A DNA stretch of 64,000 nt from Yuukianura sp. NJ FZ-2021 (Eukaryota): the NCBI GenBank assembly GCA_046563655.1, contig CM102284.1, positions 248,001 through 312,000 on the forward strand. The letters run 5' to 3'. Positions 52,493 to 64,000 of the stretch are shown here, one piece after another. The notes under the pieces are model-generated. The model did no database searches. It was not told the DNA's origin and saw only the letters and a list, made by a program, of their open reading frames with translations. The number at the start of each line of letters is the position of its first letter. The first letter of the stretch is position 1. The translations under genes were made by a program, and so were the position numbers.

Positions 52493-53884
52493 ATGGCCTA
52501 CAATGCTCCGAAAAGCTACACCAACAAACCATTCGCTGATTCGTCCATCAATTATCACTTGGCTCCGGGCGATGTCCTCGTCGAATGCCCCTACTACCCA
52601 CACAAAATCCTGTAAGACTTCACTATTCTCTACACTGCATACTCCATTCGGTATCCAGTCTGGAATTAACGGAGTATCCGGTATTCGGGTACTCCGGTAT
52701 CTGGCTGTCCGCATTCCTCATAAATTCTGTATTTTGTGTTTGAAGGCAAGCAAGATTGACGACGCACTTGAGCAAATGTATGGCTCAATACAAGAAGGAC
52801 ATGTCAAGAAACTCGAAGCTTCCAAAGTTGGTCATCTGTAAGGACAACTGGAACCACCACATCAAGGAACATGAGTTTGAAGATCATGTTCAGAACCATT
52901 GCCAGGAAGCTCGGTTGCGGATGATCCGCGAAGAGGAACAGGAAAAAATGTTCGGTAAGCTCAATCTGGCAAAGACTTTCGTGATTCCTTGATTAAGTGA
53001 TTGATCATACCGATTTTCTTTTTGTACCTCTAATCAGCTGCTATGCCAAAACCGGCCCAGAAGGAGGTCGACTCCGCATCTCAGTATGGAGGTGAGGAAA
53101 TGTCGGAAATTGACGTGGACGAATCCAGTGTTGGGAACTCTGTGTGTGGATCTGTGGTTGGATTCCCGATCGGCGGAAGATTTGCTGACTTTGACTCTGG
53201 CTCTGTCTTTTCGAGCAACTTGACGGACGTTTCTTCTTCGTCTCTTTCTGCTGGAAATGTGAGACGACACAATGCAAACAGAAACTCCGACGGTACTACC
53301 CGTACTACAGCGCTTGGAGAAGAGGACTGGGAGGCTGAACTGCGAGTTCCCGGACGGCCTGTGGGCGGGCCAACGATTGACATCCGCAAGGAAACCAAAC
53401 ATATTTTCTAGTAAGCAAAGTCAAACGTTTAGTAAACGAAATCAAACGTTTAGTAAGCAAGATGAAACGTTTCTGTCCACCAGTGGACCAGGGACCACTT
53501 TGTCATCAAAGTCTGAAAACCTATCGTTTTTGTTTGATTTCCAGCATTCCGCCTGGAATGGCACCGTCGGAGCGCCGTGAATACCGTGACCGTATGGTAT
53601 CTTTGTATGCAGATGAAATGGAAGAGCGGAAGGCCGCTGCTGAAGCCAAGGCGGCCGAAGAGGCTCGAAATCCAACTCCGACTCTGCCAGTTGAGGAAGA
53701 AGAAGTGAATCCATTTGCGTTGCCACGGGAACCGTCGTCACTTTTTCATTCAGCTCAGCCGCTCATGTCTCGCAGCGAACTGGATCGGGCGGAGGAGGGA
53801 GATCCTGGAGTGGGGCGACGTCCAACTGCAGTTGACAACACTGGCTACGACTACGACATTCTGGATACAGTTACTAACGATTAA
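52493..53884 (+). CDS. GTSF1: GTSF1/Asterix-like protein with two CHHC (U11-48K-type) zinc fingers; PIWI cofactor family
   Basis: Exons 52493-52611, 52746-52954, 53038-53410, 53545-53884. Finger 1 VECPYYPHKILQARLTTHLSKC (split by intron 1, so invisible in the ORF track); finger 2 VICKDNWNHHIKEHEFEDHVQNHC; acidic Trp motif EEDWEAE; PPGMAPSERREYR segment. Confidence 0.82.
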
Positions 53885-54595
53885 TCGATTAATGGTCAAA
53901 CCACTGAGCTCCACTTTGTCATTTCTTTTTTGAGCTTAGTTTTTTTAAGTTTTTCAGGTTGAGCTATCTTTAAGCTGTCCCTCTTTCCTCTTTACACAAT
54001 CTCATACTTCGTTAGAAGTTAATTTCCAATTAACGTGTTCAATTAATTAACTGACGTTTAATTAATTAATTTGTGTAATTAATTACTTAGCTGACTTAAG
54101 AAGTGAGCAGTTTCTTTCCTTACATCTTTTTGGACAGTCAAACCAGTGGTGACTTAAATAAATTCAAAGGTTTACAAAGGCAGTTAGTCTTGCTTTAATT
54201 TTTCTGCTTTACATTTGTGCAATTAAGTTAACATTTAAGTTAATTTGTTAAGTTGTTAGCCAATATTTAAGTTAGTTTAGTTTTAAGCTAAGCTTTTTAG
54301 CAGCTAAGTTGTGCTGGAGCTATTATGGTAAGTTTTTCATAAGGACAAGAGCGGACGTAAGCGAGTGTTTTCACATAAAATTTTAATTGCATTTGAATTT
54401 TGATATGTTTTAGGGACGTGCAGGGACAGCATCGCTGCATGATGCTGCCAGCATCTTCCAGTTGGAGACATACGCCAAACGAACTTCTGTTCTCATTTCA
54501 GGTAACGAAAATACTCCATTCCATACTTCGATTTAGTTGAAAATTTCAACTTTGAATTTTGAACAACAATTTTGAATTTGTTCAACTTTTGTTTT

Positions 54596-56725
54596 TCAGT
54601 TGTGGATCTCTTCATATTTTGTCTTGTGGACCAAGTTGGCGAGAGAAATGGTCAAGAAGATCCCAAAACACTGGAAACAAGCGAGCCCCAATGCAGCGCC
54701 AGCGACGAGTCCAATCTTCGATGACAAGAAAGATGTCACCAGAGCGTAGCATCCCTAATGTATCCAAAAATATGTTTTATATACTAATTGGAAGTTACAA
54801 ATGAACTGCAATTCCGAAATTCCATAGTTAGTAATTAATTCGTTTACTCTCGAAATTTAAAAATTTAAAAGTCATTGTTTTAGCTCTCTTTATAGTACAT
54901 CTTCCTTATTCATGAAAAACTTATATTTTCCAAAATATATTTTTTTCAAACCACCATCACACCTTCTAACTTTCTTCAGGAGGAATTTTGGAAAAAGTCA
55001 GGATTAGGCTAACAAATTCACTAAAGTGTATTTTCCTTTTTTATGGAAATTTAAAAAATTCCAAAATATTGATTTTTAAAAACACCATCACACCTTCTAA
55101 CTTTCTACAGAAGGATTTTTGGAAAAAGTCAGGATTAGGCTAACAAATTCACTACAGTGCATTTTTCTTTTTTATGGAAATTTAAAAAATTCCAAAGTAT
55201 TGATTTTTAAAAACACCATCACACCTTCTAACTTTCTACAGAAGGATTTTTGGAAAAAGTCAGGATTAGGCTAACAAATTCACTACAGTGCATTTTTCTT
55301 TTTTATGGAAATTTAAAAAATTCCAAAGTATTGATTTTTAAAAACACCATCACACCTTCTAACTTTCTACAGAAGGATTTTTGGAAAAAGTCAGGATTAG
55401 GCTAACAAATTCACTAAAGTGTATTTTCCTTTTTTATGGAAATTTGAAAAATTCCAAAATTTAGTTTTTCTGAAACACCATCACACCTTCTAACTTTCTA
55501 CAGAAGGAATTTTGGAAAAAGTCAGGATTAGGCTAACAAATTCACTAAAGTGTATTTTCCTTTTTCATGGAAATTTGAAAAATTCCAAAATTTAGTTTTT
55601 CTGAAACACCATCACACCTTCTAACTTTCTACAGAAGGAATTTTGGGAAAAAGTGTTAAAAAGTGCTAACAAATTTGGACAGTCGAGCTGGCCTTGGGTG
55701 TAGCCCCAGGAAGGATGTGTAGCATGCTATAATTCGTAATACATAATCTACCTCCTTAATTCAGGCTTTGTTAATAATAACTATAATATATGATATAATA
55801 TATAATTAAACTTAAGTCTCACCGTGTTGTAGATTAACTTTTCGTTGCTGACATCGCAACCCATGTTGCGTGTGTTGCAGCAGGAGCCAGGAACCTTTCC
55901 GTAAGTGGTCGTCAGCCAGTCCTTCCAGGAATGGATTCCACAGCATTGTAACTAGAAATGTGATTAATATAATACAATTAATATAATTTAATTAATTAAA
56001 TGATTAATATTTTATTGCTACTGTTGTTTGTAGTGTGTTGATGGCTGACGTTCTCTGGAGATCGTGTTCGTAAACTCCCATTGAAGAGTTCAAGCCCCTC
56101 TCAAAGGATTTTTCAATTCTGGAGCGATAGGCGTATCCTGAAATGCACGCTCCAACTTCAACCACGAAAACAATCGACAGGAACGCAGCATACTATGCAT
56201 AGAACCAACAAATATTGAAATACTGCCAGCATGTTCTGAAATACTGGCCAGCATCGAAGTACTGCCAAGTACTTACGACATGGAGCAGTATTGGTTGTTC
56301 CTTGATGGTGCAGCAGCATGCCAGAGTGGCTAGAAACAGAATCAGAAATCCCGTGCCAATGAATACGTATGGCGCCGTAGCTGAGAAGTCCGGTGACAAG
56401 TCAAGGTACTTGTGCAGCTCCACTTGCAGCATGAACCCCAAGATCAGCAGCAGTAAACCAGAAAGCTGGAAATCAAAATTTCAAACACAAAAATTCATAA
56501 AACTTCGAAATTTTGAAGGTGAAAAGTAAATTAATCCTATGTTCTTTGAATTTAAGAAAAACTTTTTTGAAACTTTGTGCTTTTGTGAAATCGTTTTCTC
56601 TCTGTCTCTTTTTTGTTAATTTTTGCAGGTGACGTTGTTCTTACCAGAAAGATGATGTTGAAAATCATCATGAGGGTTTTCATGCAGGTCAGTGCTGCAA
56701 CGGTTTGGAACGACCGCATCTCCAT
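54596..56725 (-). CDS. Tetraspanin (TSPAN7-like)
   Basis: Exons 56725-56645, 56465-56277, 56192-56022, 55951-55823, 54754-54596. CMKTLMMIFNIIF, four hydrophobic segments, LQCCG, PGSCC, GC before TM4, C-terminal YEEI sorting motif. Confidence 0.93.
54930..55675. repeat. 131-bp tandem repeat, about 5.5 copies, in the last tetraspanin intron
   Basis: CACCATCACACCTTCTAACTTTCT recurs at 54952, 55083, 55214, 55345, 55476, 55607. Confidence 0.95.
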
Positions 56726-57533
56726 TTTTCACAAAATTTTGAAAATATGAAATTTGAAAATCTGCAAGTTTTGTATAAAATTGTTGAATTTTGGAATTCC
56801 TGGACAAGAACTTCTTAGCGTGTCCGTTTCGAGAGAAAGCTGGAAGTGAAAGACAGACAACGCAAATGGAATACAAAGTTGTGGAGAGGAAAGCGGACGT
56901 TTGCTGGAGTCGGACGACCTTGACACTCACCCTCCACGAAATCCTGCGCTTCACTCAAAAATCAATACTTAACCTACACTACTACACAAAAAACACACCG
57001 TGGAAGCACAAACACCGTGGAAGTACACAACTTCTAAGATTACAACCCTCCTCGTTTATGCTTTCTATGTCAAGAACAAACTCATCAAACTTCAAACATG
57101 AAGCCATGACCTTCACACATTTGACAAATGGCGCCCATTACTTTATGAACCAATTTCTAACAAATGGAGAGTGGGGCAACAATATTCAAAACAACCATCA
57201 CTCTTCATTATTTAAAAAAAAATATTCAAATTCTTAATTCCTTTGTTTGTTTAGTAAGTTTTTTGAAAGTTGTTGTGACAGGCAGACGAACAACTTTCAA
57301 TTAGTATTCAAAAATTTATTCTACAAAATGAAAAAAAAAACAAGGTTGAACAACACAAAATTAGAGAAAAAGGAACAATGTTAAAGAATTCAACTTTCTC
57401 AAAATTTAAATTGAAGTATTCATTAAAAAGTTGCTTTGTAAAAAGTTGTACTAAAAATTAGTAACTGTGTTAGCATTTGCAAGTCAAGATTGTCAATTTG
57501 TTACGTTTTGGATTCGTTTTCACACCATGCAGG

Positions 57534-60500
57534 TCAAACTGTGACGTTCTGTTCATCTAGAGGCGCCGTGACCTTGAGATGACCTTGAACAAAATCCTGG
57601 AAAGTCGCTCGTGCTCTTTGCTCTCCTTCTAATTTTTCCGTCAACGTTCCAACTGTCGTCTTAAGCAGAGCTACATCATCACGCAGGGAAAACACAACTT
57701 CTGCAAGAGTCCTGAATAAATAAACATAGATTAATATATAATTAGTTTATATAATAACATTTAATTAATATAATAATAATACAACTACCTAATTAATTGA
57801 AATTAAAAGTTACTCACCTTGGTTGCTTTTCTACAACGCCTCTTCGTGAGCCTCCCCCTGCTTAATTTAGTAAACTTTTCAAAATTTTCATAATCGTTTA
57901 AAATTTCAGTTCTTCATTTTGAAAAATAGCGAAAAGTACCCAGCATTCGAAGGCCACCGCGGCGGTTTATAGAAAGGAAGCGATCAAAAGCCCTGCAGCG
58001 CATAGAACACTGTTTGAACAAGAACTGACGTAAGGATGGACACTGAATTTATTCAAAAGCTTTTTTTAAAAAAAAGCATTTTTTTAGAAACATTTTTGAA
58101 ACATGGTCATGCAGCCGAATTAGCAGAGACACACAAACATCATCTCTATCGTGACCTAGAATCTCGCTTCGTGGTATCCATCATTGCCGTCGAGACATCA
58201 GGTGTATTCGGATCCGAAGGTCTTCGTCTACTAAAACAAATCGGACATCGGCTGTCAGAAACATCTGGAGATAAACGAGCCACGACCTTCTTCCTACAAC
58301 GAATAAGCCTAGCTGTTCAACGCGGAAACTCCTGCTCAATCTTGGGAACCTTACCCTCAGGAAAAGATCTTTACGAATTATTCATATTATAATCTAATTT
58401 AAATCCTACTTCTTTTCTCAACCTGCCTTTGGCAGGTGACTGTGAAATAAAAATTCTAATTCGGTTCATAAAAAAAAAAAAATAAAAATAAAAAGTGAAA
58501 AAAAAAATTTTTGAAACACAAGCATTTTTTTCAACAGTTTTGAATTTGGCATTTTGCGTTAGGACATCTACAAATAGAGTTTTAACAAAACATGATGAAA
58601 GAGAAGCTCAACGATGAAAAGTGGAGATTGGCAGAATGAAATTACCCGCAGTTTGGCGATTGGCTGAGCAGAAAGCATCCACTATGGACAGTATCGTCGA
58701 ATCCTCTTCGTGTGTCAATTGTGCTGGCAGTACAATTCCAGTATGTCTTCCGGTTCCACCAATCAGAGCAGCCTCGTGGCTTCCTTTAGTTGGAGTCGGT
58801 TTGTTTCCATTGGTCGGTTGGTGCTGGACGCAGTCTGCGACAAGCGGATTCGTCGGAGGATTCGGTCTGAGGCGGGAGATTGACCAAGCTTGCACTGGCG
58901 GCGTCAGTTGTCCAAATGACTGAAGGAGAAATCAAAAGTATCATCAAAATGCTGGATCAGCACATCAGCATAGGATCAGGATGCTGAATCAGCACAAAGA
59001 GATAGGAAGCGGTAGTGTTAGTGCCCCAGCTGATTGAAATTGTGGCTTTGAACGTTTTGGTTTTCGTCTGTCACGAGGTCACTGATGTTGAGTTCTCCGT
59101 CGTCATAGTCAAAAGCGTCTTGCCGGACAAGGCGACCTCGAAGATGCTGATGCTGATGCTGGAGAGGATGCTGATGCTGGAGAGGTGAAGCAGGAATGAG
59201 GAGCGTAAGTACCTGTGCGGCCAGTGAGCCATGAGATGGGTATCGGCTGGACTTGAGAACTCTGTTCAGTTGACTTATCCAAGCATCCTTGGCTGCTCTC
59301 GAGATACAATTCACAAGGATCGGCTCAATCATGGGTCCTGCTTTTCAAAAAAATCATCAATTAGTAATTAATTCTTGACTACTCTCAGATGCTGCCAGTA
59401 TCTCTAAGTATAAGTGAGATGCTGGCAGCATCATGTTGTCTCACCTGCAATTTCGAATGCTGTTGACAGATGCTTATTCTTGTCACTCAGCGGAGGAAGA
59501 GTGACTCCACTCACTGGAATTTTTCCTTCGTAACTTAACGTATTTTGCTCCGAATTGTACGAGAGAATCAACAAAGTATTGGCAAACAACACAAAATATC
59601 GTGGCTGCAAATCTTGGCCTAAAAATCAAACCAGAATCAACAGCTGATCGGAGCATATGGGTGAACATAAGGGATTAATTGATAGATTAATTAATTGAAT
59701 TAATTCGTTTGATTAATTACCGATATGGACTAAATTCATGTGCAAGATTTCTCCTAGTTGAGCAACATCCGCTCCCTCCCAACCAACAATCGTTCCATAG
59801 AGAACTTCTAGCTCCATTTCCTTCTGTTTCCGAATTGCTCCACAAGATTTCTAAAATTACCAACAAAATGAAGAGAACAATAGAAACATAAAGTCTAGGT
59901 CAGGGTGCCAGTACATTTTGATTCCAAAATGTACTGGCTGACAAAGTATTTTAACTTACATCCGTTTCTTTAAAGTATTCAATTGATCTCTGAAGATCCC
60001 CTCGATCTTTGTGGGATTCTTCCACTCTCCGCTCGATTTGTTGTATCAGTGAAGGATACTTTTCAAATCGGCGAAATGGTTGGCTCAATGCTGTTACGAG
60101 GGTAAGGACTCCTTCAATAGCTCCTCTCGTTGCCATAAACGTCTCAAGTGCCATGCGATTCTTGTCAATTAGTTTGGAAGCCTTAGGATGATTTTCACAG
60201 TAAGTTTTCTGGACAGATTCCAGCTTAGATGCATGATCCAGGAAGACTTTTCCAATTCGTTGGTCCTTCAAGGGCTTCAGCTGCTCCAGCTCAAGGTTTC
60301 GAACCAGAATTTCATGAGTACTGATCATCTCAGGGACACAGCCAGCCAAACACTGTGTTTCTACTGGAGTTAATCTAAAGTAACAAAGAAATTCCGTCAT
60401 ATATGCATCCAAATTGTTGTACAGTCGTAATATTGTCGTATTTCGTATTGTAAGTGGATGCCATCAGATCTTGAAAACTTACGTGTCGACTTCGGAGAGA

Positions 60501-60992
60501 TGTTGCAAGTACTTGGTCCAGAGATGCTGAAGATCAGTGATAAAAGCAGCTTCAGACTCAATTAACTCTGTTAACACCATTTTCCTGTACTTCAGTTGCT
60601 CTTCAGACTGAGCAACGGTGGATGAAGGAGACAGGGTAGCATTTGCCAATACTTTGTTCGTCTTGGCTGATGAGTATTTGTAATTTGCAGAATCTGAATC
60701 GATTGTACTGGCAGCACAATGGATACTTGCGGAGGAAGAATCTTCGGTGACAGCAACAACATAGTTGGAGGGGAACCACCCAGTGACTCCGTTCAGTGTT
60801 CCCTCCCACCATCCTTCCTCTTTCTGAGTGACTGTGATCAGATCACCTTTGGACAACTTGAGCTGAGAACAAGATTAATTAAACTAATTAGTATCAATTA
60901 AAGTTAAACTTTACAAATCTAAACGAAATTACCTCATCGTTATGGGTTGGCGTGTAGGCATGGACAGCTCTAACAACAGTTAACTTGTCCAT
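57534..60992 (-). CDS. RtGEF: beta-PIX / ARHGEF7 / RtGEF: SH3-DH-PH Rac/Cdc42 GEF with GIT-binding region and C-terminal coiled coil
   Basis: Exons approx 60992-60933, 60862-60483, 60374-59960, 59850-59721, 59618-59445, 59337-59213, 58919-58646, 57857-57818, 57711-57534. SH3 GWWEGTLNGVTGWFPSNYV; DH LSQPFRRFEKYP..H.DRGDLQRS; IRKQKEMELE; WSISRLRP; EEDSTILSIVDAFC; LAEVVFSLRDDV...EQRAR; ends NVTV. Confidence 0.93.
58104..58506 (+). mobile_element. 5'-truncated non-LTR retrotransposon (CRE-like, C-terminus of restriction-like endonuclease region) in a PIX intron
   Basis: Peptide AAELAETHKHHLY...AVETSGVFG...SGDKRATTFFLQRISLAVQRGN; short 3'UTR, AATAAA, A-rich tail to 58506; 12-bp direct repeat ATTTTTGAAACA at 58092-58103 and 58507-58518. 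Confidence 0.85.
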
Positions 60993-61410
60993 TGTCCCAA
61001 TCGGTCAATCGGTATACCCCACGAATCGGGTCAAAGTTCAAGTAATCCACGCAACCATAAAGTAATTAACCCACAATCACTTAAAATTAAACTTGCATCA
61101 TTACTCAAAAACCTGAAATCTGAAAACTCTCAGCTGTTGCTTCTGCTAAGCCGTTGTTTGATTGCTTAATTGAATGTGACTATTCCTCAGAATTCGCGGA
61201 ATCTCCGTCCGTCACTGCAGAAATTTCGGTTGAAGCAAACGTGGATCTCCCCTTGTACCCACCAGTTCACATCCCGTACTTTTTCATTCTTAACAGCTAA
61301 TTGCAATACATATCTTGTTTTATTGAAAACCAGGAAGCAACAATGCAACAATTAATCGATTAATTAAAACTTTCTAAACTCAAAAGGAATCAATATTTGT
61401 GTTGCTGTCA

Positions 61411-62933
61411 TTACGTAAGAGTTACGTAATAGCTTCCACGTGACCTGAAAGAACATTTTTTTGATGAATTAACCAGAAGTGTTTTGCATAATTTGTTCTT
61501 CAATTTTTTTCAATTTTTGAAAAATGCTTACATTTTTGAAACACACTCTCCATAGGGAATTGGATCCACACAGCTTTTTGAATTCAGAAACCGAGATCTA
61601 CAGAAAATGGACAGACAGCGACATCCCACGATTTCATTCGGTTTTTCAATTGACTTTGCAAAGGCAAGTATGGCTACATGGTGACTACATCCAGTACGTC
61701 CTTGACCAATAAAATAATTTATATAATAAAAATAATTAATATAATAAAAACTATTAATATATAATATAACTTTTTAGTTTTACTTGTAAAGAATCTGGGG
61801 CAGTTGGGTTGTGACCCACCGCCGTTGATGTAGAACCGAACGTGACCTCTCCTCCTAAACGTGAATCTTCTCAAGGCCGTGTTCGTCACATCAACGAAAT
61901 CGGCGTCTGATGGATCAAGTCTAAATCTTCTAAACGGAAGTTTAACACCGACAAGTGGATCCAACCCACTTACGCGTCCCACCTTCCGCCCCACGCTTCT
62001 CCACAAAGTGCGTCCCACGGTCCCACCAATGTGTGCTCCCAGTCCGAATCCCACTATATGCACATCCTCTACTCCCCGGAGCACTTGAGACTTTGGTAAA
62101 AACCAATAATTTTTTAAAAACAAAGAGTTATGGGATAACCTGTGAAGAAAAACAGAACAACCTTGATTAAGAACGTTATGAACTCTGCAATTTCATGTGC
62201 GATTTGATTGGTTCGCAGCATTGCGTTGAGGCCCTGGACGAACGGCAACGACGTTTTAGTAAACTGCCCGTAGTCAACCATAATCACGTTGGCTTCGAAG
62301 CATGTCTTCACGTAAGCTAAGTTTTTCAAAATTTCAAGGGAATTGTAGACTACTTTTTCAAAAATTTTCAAAATTTCAAGTTTTTAAAAAAAGTTTTCCA
62401 CTTTTACCGTCTTTCACTACTTTGATGTCGTCTGGAGTTTTGGAATCGGCCGTTTCGCCATGAATTAGGAATTTAACTGGCCTGGAGGAATTGTAGGCCG
62501 ACGCTGCGAGCGATTCTCTGCTGCCTGAATCAATTACATGACAGCTCTCCGTGTCACTGGATAAAAATTTGACAAACTTTTGAACTTTTTTTGAAAATGA
62601 AAGTTTCCCATTTTCTTCTTTTAGAAAAGCGAAGAAAAAGTTTATAACCAACAATTTTTGAGTTACTTTGGGTTGAAGTAAAGCAGGAACTTGATGCCGC
62701 TTGACTTTTTTGGGACAATTTCATTTTCGTGGTCTAGGTTATTCGGTCCCAGCGGCACACTAAGTAAGAGGTTGAAATTTAATTAGTTTAGTTATAAAAA
62801 TAATATTATTAAAAATACAAAAGTTAAAATTAAAAAGTTACCCGAGCGGAACTCCATACTGTATGTCTTGCGCAGCAGCTAAATATTTAATTTGTATTAA
62901 AACCAACACGACGAAGGTCAAAGCCGGCTTCAT
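61411..62933 (-). CDS. Secreted pancreatic-lipase-family protein lacking the catalytic serine
   Basis: Exons approx 62933-62842, 62759-62667, 62556-62408, 62316-62162, 62090-61784, 61700-61532, 61444-61411. Signal peptide; PVKFLIHG, NVIMVDY, VHIVGFGLGAHIGG, RVSGLDP, RLDPSDADFVDV, GHVRFYINGG.SQPNC, CSH, RGSYY. Confidence 0.9.
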
Positions 62934-64000
62934 TTTCTCAATTTTTTCTCAAAAACGGAAATTTCCGAAAAGGAAATTTTCCGAAATGGAAATTTCCTAA
63001 AATGCTGCTTCCGGAGTCACAGTTCGGCACACTTTGTAGGAACCAGTGGACGTGACATGTCAATTTCTCACTACTTTTTGGGTACTTGGCCAATTCTTGT
63101 GTACTTTGTTACACAACAAACAGAAGTTGATTCTGCATAACTTTTGTTAAAGTTTGATTGAAAACAAAAGTTGTAATAAAGGAGGAGGGGGTACTTATCA
63201 GCCCCCCATCTAATGCCAATTCATTGCTTTTAAGGGTTCACTGATTGCACGAGCACTTAATCTACAAAACTTCTGCCAAAAAACATGAAGTGGCTCTGCC
63301 AATTAACAAAAGTGTAAAGATTTAAGATCGCAAATTGCAAACTGATCTCCTTTTATTGTGCAAATTACGGTTACTCCACTCTGCAAAATTTCAAAACTTT
63401 ACACTAAATTTTGCAAGGTTTTTCCCTACATGCCGCAATTAGGGAAAAAAATACGCATTTCCAAGGGAGGATTCGCTAATTGTGGAATCAAACGAAGGAC
63501 AATGGCAATCAAGTGTTAAAAATCAACGTCAAAACAAATAAAAAACAACTAAAAAAAATCTTGCAAATCAAAATTCTGTAATTTGTAATTTTTCCCTGTC
63601 TATTGTTCATGTTAAAGCTAAGGACGTGCCTTGTAACACGTTCAATGCAACTTTATGATGGCCAGTACACAATTTTTCACAAATGCACATCATGAACATC
63701 ATGATTCATGACCTCAACTTTTTTTTACAGTTTTCGAAGTAAGGCGTTTCAGAAATGGACATTTTAACGTTAGATACTGAAATGGTAAAACGAAAAAAAG
63801 TTTAGCATTTTACAGGATTTATTGCCTAATTTCTTTGAATTTTTTGTGATTTCAACGGCTGTTTTAACATTTCAACGTTTCAACAGTATCAACGTTTCAA
63901 GAAAGTTTCAACATTTGCAGAATTTAACTCCAACTTCACTTTTTCTATAATTTCGGAGTTCCTAGTACACTATATCCGTTGACCTTTGACCTGACCAATA

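Noticed and set aside
58036-58103. N-terminal part of ORF 58036-58392 as a host gene start
   Set aside because: Lies outside the TSD-bounded insertion; AT-rich intron sequence fortuitously in frame

Overview
AT-rich, intron-containing animal DNA, almost certainly arthropod/hexapod (tramtrack-like gene, short GT-AG introns). It is not prokaryotic, so most of the ORF track is noise; genes were rebuilt by hand from splice sites. Left to right: a possible first coding exon running off the left edge; a kinesin-9 (KIF9/KIF6)-like gene with all three nucleotide-binding motifs degenerate; a single-exon secreted/membrane-anchored ORF with an insulin-like cysteine pattern; an 18-kb neuroligin; an Armitage/MOV10L1 helicase; tramtrack with only Ttk88-type fingers; a GTSF1/Asterix-like CHHC zinc-finger gene; a TSPAN7-like tetraspanin; beta-PIX/RtGEF; and a Ser-less lipase-family gene. 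Non-coding content: several MITEs with TIRs/TSDs, a 5'-truncated CRE-like non-LTR insertion with a 12-bp TSD, a tRNA-like Pol III element, minisatellites and at least 12 perfect DR1 (AGGTCAnAGGTCA) motifs. Best leads: two piRNA-pathway genes about 9 kb apart, the pseudo-kinesin, the insulin-like tethered ORF, the DR1 enrichment and an alternative PIX C-terminus with a CaMKII-pseudosubstrate-like motif. Family calls rest on recognised motifs, not database searches, and exon boundaries are manual predictions.
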